Shown: piece after piece, positions 61,209 to 64,000 of the stretch
Layout of the letters: each line of letters opens with the position of its first letter
How positions within the stretch are numbered: the first letter of the stretch is position 1
DNA from: Mustelus asterias
Taxonomy: Eukaryota
Direction: 5' to 3'
DNA: 64,000 bases
NCBI RefSeq assembly: GCF_964213995.1
Contig: NC_135808.1
Coordinates: 12,710,001 to 12,774,000, forward strand
Notes under the pieces: generated by a model
The model's database searches: none
What the model was told of the DNA's origin: nothing
What the model saw: the letters and a program-made list of their open reading frames with translations, nothing else
Made by a program: the position numbers and the translations under genes

Positions 61209-62874
61209 ACAGATTTGGCTCAGATCAAGTGAGTAACAGATTACAGGCCTCGACCTCACCAACGGAAGTAATTTGTCCAAAAATCCGCAAAGTGACAAAG
61301 CACAAAAAAAAATGCTGAGAAAAATCTTAGCAGGTCTGACAGCATCTGTGGAGAGAGAATAGAGCCAACGTTTCGAGTCAGGGTCTTTCCATCCGCCTGC
61401 AGTAGTGGAGGTAATTATTTGAAAATTTGGACTGACATTCAATGCAAATTCCTTGGTTGTTGAGGGAATGAGGAGCAGTCGGTGGGTGACAGACGGCTGG
61501 GATTGTAGCAAACGCTTCTCACCATGCACCTGCCACTGTCCTTTTCAGCATTAGGTGGAATTTTACCAAAGTTTGCCAAGAATGTCAGACTGAAAATCAG
61601 CATGTTTCTTTGCAGACCCACAGCTGAGTTTTCAGACCAGATTTTCTGGCCCTGTGGACAAACAATCTGGGGGTGGGACCTAATGGGGTCAGCAAGGCCG
61701 CCAGCCTGGTGATACCATTCCACCCACTCTGCTTTGTACCCTGACTACACAGAGTGCTGTAAGAAGTGTAAACCGAACATGCGCTACTACTGATCATCTC
61801 TTTAATCCTTTAATACTAAAATTCCGAAAGGTGTGCAGCAGAAGCAAAACTTCACTGTGTGTCTATGTGCGTATGTGCTGATACTGTGGTTGAGACTATT
61901 ATCATTCCCAGTAACCCTGCTGTGTGGCAAGTGAACATTGAATGCAATTAGTAATTCCCGTTACTGCACCATCAAAAGTTCAAATAGACCTGCTACTCGA
62001 TGAAGGCGGAGTTGGAAGAGGAGTCAGATGTGAATGGGACTGATTTTCCTACAAAAGTAGAAACTCGCAGCTTTAGGATTTATAATGGCTGCTGCTAACA
62101 TAGGGACGATTTGCCTGAGGCATTGAAAAGAAAGTTAATGGTGTGTCCTGCCTGATGATCACCATTTTAAACTTTACAGAATGAAGCTCTTGAGGGATAG
62201 TGATGCCACGGAGCACTTTATTGAAAAATAGCAAATTAGGTAGCCACTGGTGACAAATGGAAACTTTTAATTTGCTGCCAATAGCAAAATTTCACGATTT
62301 TGAACTGCGATGATATGCTCAGCCTTACATGCATTCATTCCTTTGAAGCTACTTAATTTGCACCTGCCAAGCTCGAGGGAACTGGAGTAAATTAAAGTCA
62401 GTATAAATAAGACTCTAGTCTGGCAAAGGTCTGTGCCACTGAAAGAAAATTGTGTGGCCACAAGTAATAGTAACTGTCAAAAGTTTCCCAAAGCAGCTCA
62501 CGGTGAAGTCGGGAATGGGTTAATGAACTTTGTCACACTTAAGCATTAAGACCCGAACTCTGTGATTTTGTTGAGAACACTGCAGAGTTCATGTTTTTGT
62601 CAGAGTTCGGTGTTTTTCATGTCTGTGCCAGATAAGAGGAACAGCTTTTCTTGTTATTAAGAAATGCGATTAACCCAGCTCGAAATAAGCTAAACAGTCT
62701 CCATTTTTATGTACCTTTGTTTAACACGATGGAGTTGACATGTATGCCTTCTGTCTTTGTATAACCATAGATTTATATATATATATTCATCATACGTTAT
62801 TCATCTTATCCTGATATAAAGTATTATACAAATTTGTATGTATATTAGTTAACTTGTTTGTGCAAAACCTGTGA

Positions 62875-63168
62875 TGTTGTTGCAAGGATATAAATGCAAG
62901 AACAATCGTGGCCTTGGAGGTCAAACAAACTACGCAGAGGAAGATACTGCTAAAACAACAAGAATCTCACCATGAACAGTGACAGACATCTTAGAGAATT
63001 GCAATGTAATGAGGGCGGGGCCCGGGACATATATAAACTCTTTTCTTACTTGTGTTCGATGAGAAGGTTGGGGGTCCACTGTTAGGAACCTCACCTCTCC
63101 CACAATTGTGAAAATAAACACTGCATTTTGAACCACTAATAGTGTCAGAGGTTTTTTTACCTACAACA
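62875..63168 (+). mobile_element. Possible solo LTR
   Basis: tgttgt...acaaca inverted ends, GC box, atataaa, aataaa; no TSD seen. Confidence 0.45.
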
Positions 63169-64000
63169 ACGGGAATAGGATGCTCTCCCATTCCTGCAAC
63201 TGTGTTCTGGAATTTTTCAGAAAGCTTCCAGTGAGTTTGTATGTCCTTTGTTGGTGCATGCTGTGTAACGATTAGCTAACTGTAACAAATGAGATAAATG
63301 CCCTTTCTGAAAAGTATTAGTTACACTCCAGCAAGGTTAGTTACACTCCAGCAAGGTTCGTTTTTAACTTCGACTCATCCGAATGAGCAACATGTTTTCT
63401 GAGTGTTTTTAATCCTCCCTGTACCAGTCAAACCTCACTTGTTCCAGATTCTTTGAGCTGTTTACAGTCCAAGTTTGGAACAATCATTTTGTCTCTCTCC
63501 TCTGATGGGAATCATAGAGTTATAACCTTTATTCCAGATAGCAGAGGAATTTACAGCAGTGCTATTTCATGACCTGGCACTAAATAGTAATAATAATCAG
63601 GCTTTAAAACATTAAATCGTAATTGTTATGATGGGATACAGAATCCAGATTAAAGCCTTTCTGGTGTAAAGGGAGGCAAGATTTAAAACAATTGGATCTG
63701 TACCTCAGGGCTTCCTTCTGTTTCAGGCCTATTGAGTTTATTCAGCTGAATATTATGTGTTTTGTAACGACTTTATGAGATGGAGAAAGGATTTTGCAGC
63801 CAGTGGAGTCACTGTGGCAGGCAATTTGCATACAGTCAACTCCACAAACCGTAATGTGATCATGACCCGCTAATGTGTTATTTTAGTGCTGTTGATGGAG
63901 GATAAACATTGGTCAGGACATCGGGGAGCATCCTTCTGTTCTTTGAAAAGTGCTAGTGACCCTTTTCCTGTCTGTGAGAGGAGTAAACAGCACCCAGTTT

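Noticed and set aside
62930-63191. Short hydrophobic minus-strand ORFs as another exon
   Set aside because: They overlap an LTR-like segment and lack consistent splice sites

Overview
Eukaryotic, repeat-rich vertebrate DNA. The repeat complement (HE1-type tRNA-derived SINEs, HER1/CR1 LINEs, Penelope, Tx1, Gypsy) points to a shark or other elasmobranch; this is an inference. Most ORFs in the supplied track are retroelement fragments or noise. Reading splice sites by hand gives one complete, phase-consistent six-exon gene on the minus strand (60229-40520). It encodes a 293-aa CD2/SLAM-like type I membrane protein: leader, disulfide-less IgV, IgC2, stalk/TM and a short tail. About 17-28 kb downstream is a second, paralogous stalk/TM plus cytoplasmic cassette (23628-23527, 19851-19783, remnant near 12.5 kb). 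I could find no Ig exons for it, but it is in phase with the same IgC2 exon, so it is a candidate alternative tail. Paralogous signal-peptide first exons occur in multiples: 60229 and 59308 for this gene, and 6915, 3564, 2570 and 1919 for a neighbouring gene that runs off the left edge. Other notable items: a repeat headed by U2 snRNA 5'-end sequence together with Tx1 LINE insertions at U2-like motifs; Penelope hairpin elements carrying minimal hammerhead ribozymes; a 24-nt templated capture in one hairpin loop; a 388-bp foldback inside a CR1; solo LTRs with target-site duplications (TSDs); and a recent ~3.35-kb tandem duplication. All coordinates and comparisons were done by eye, and no database search was run.
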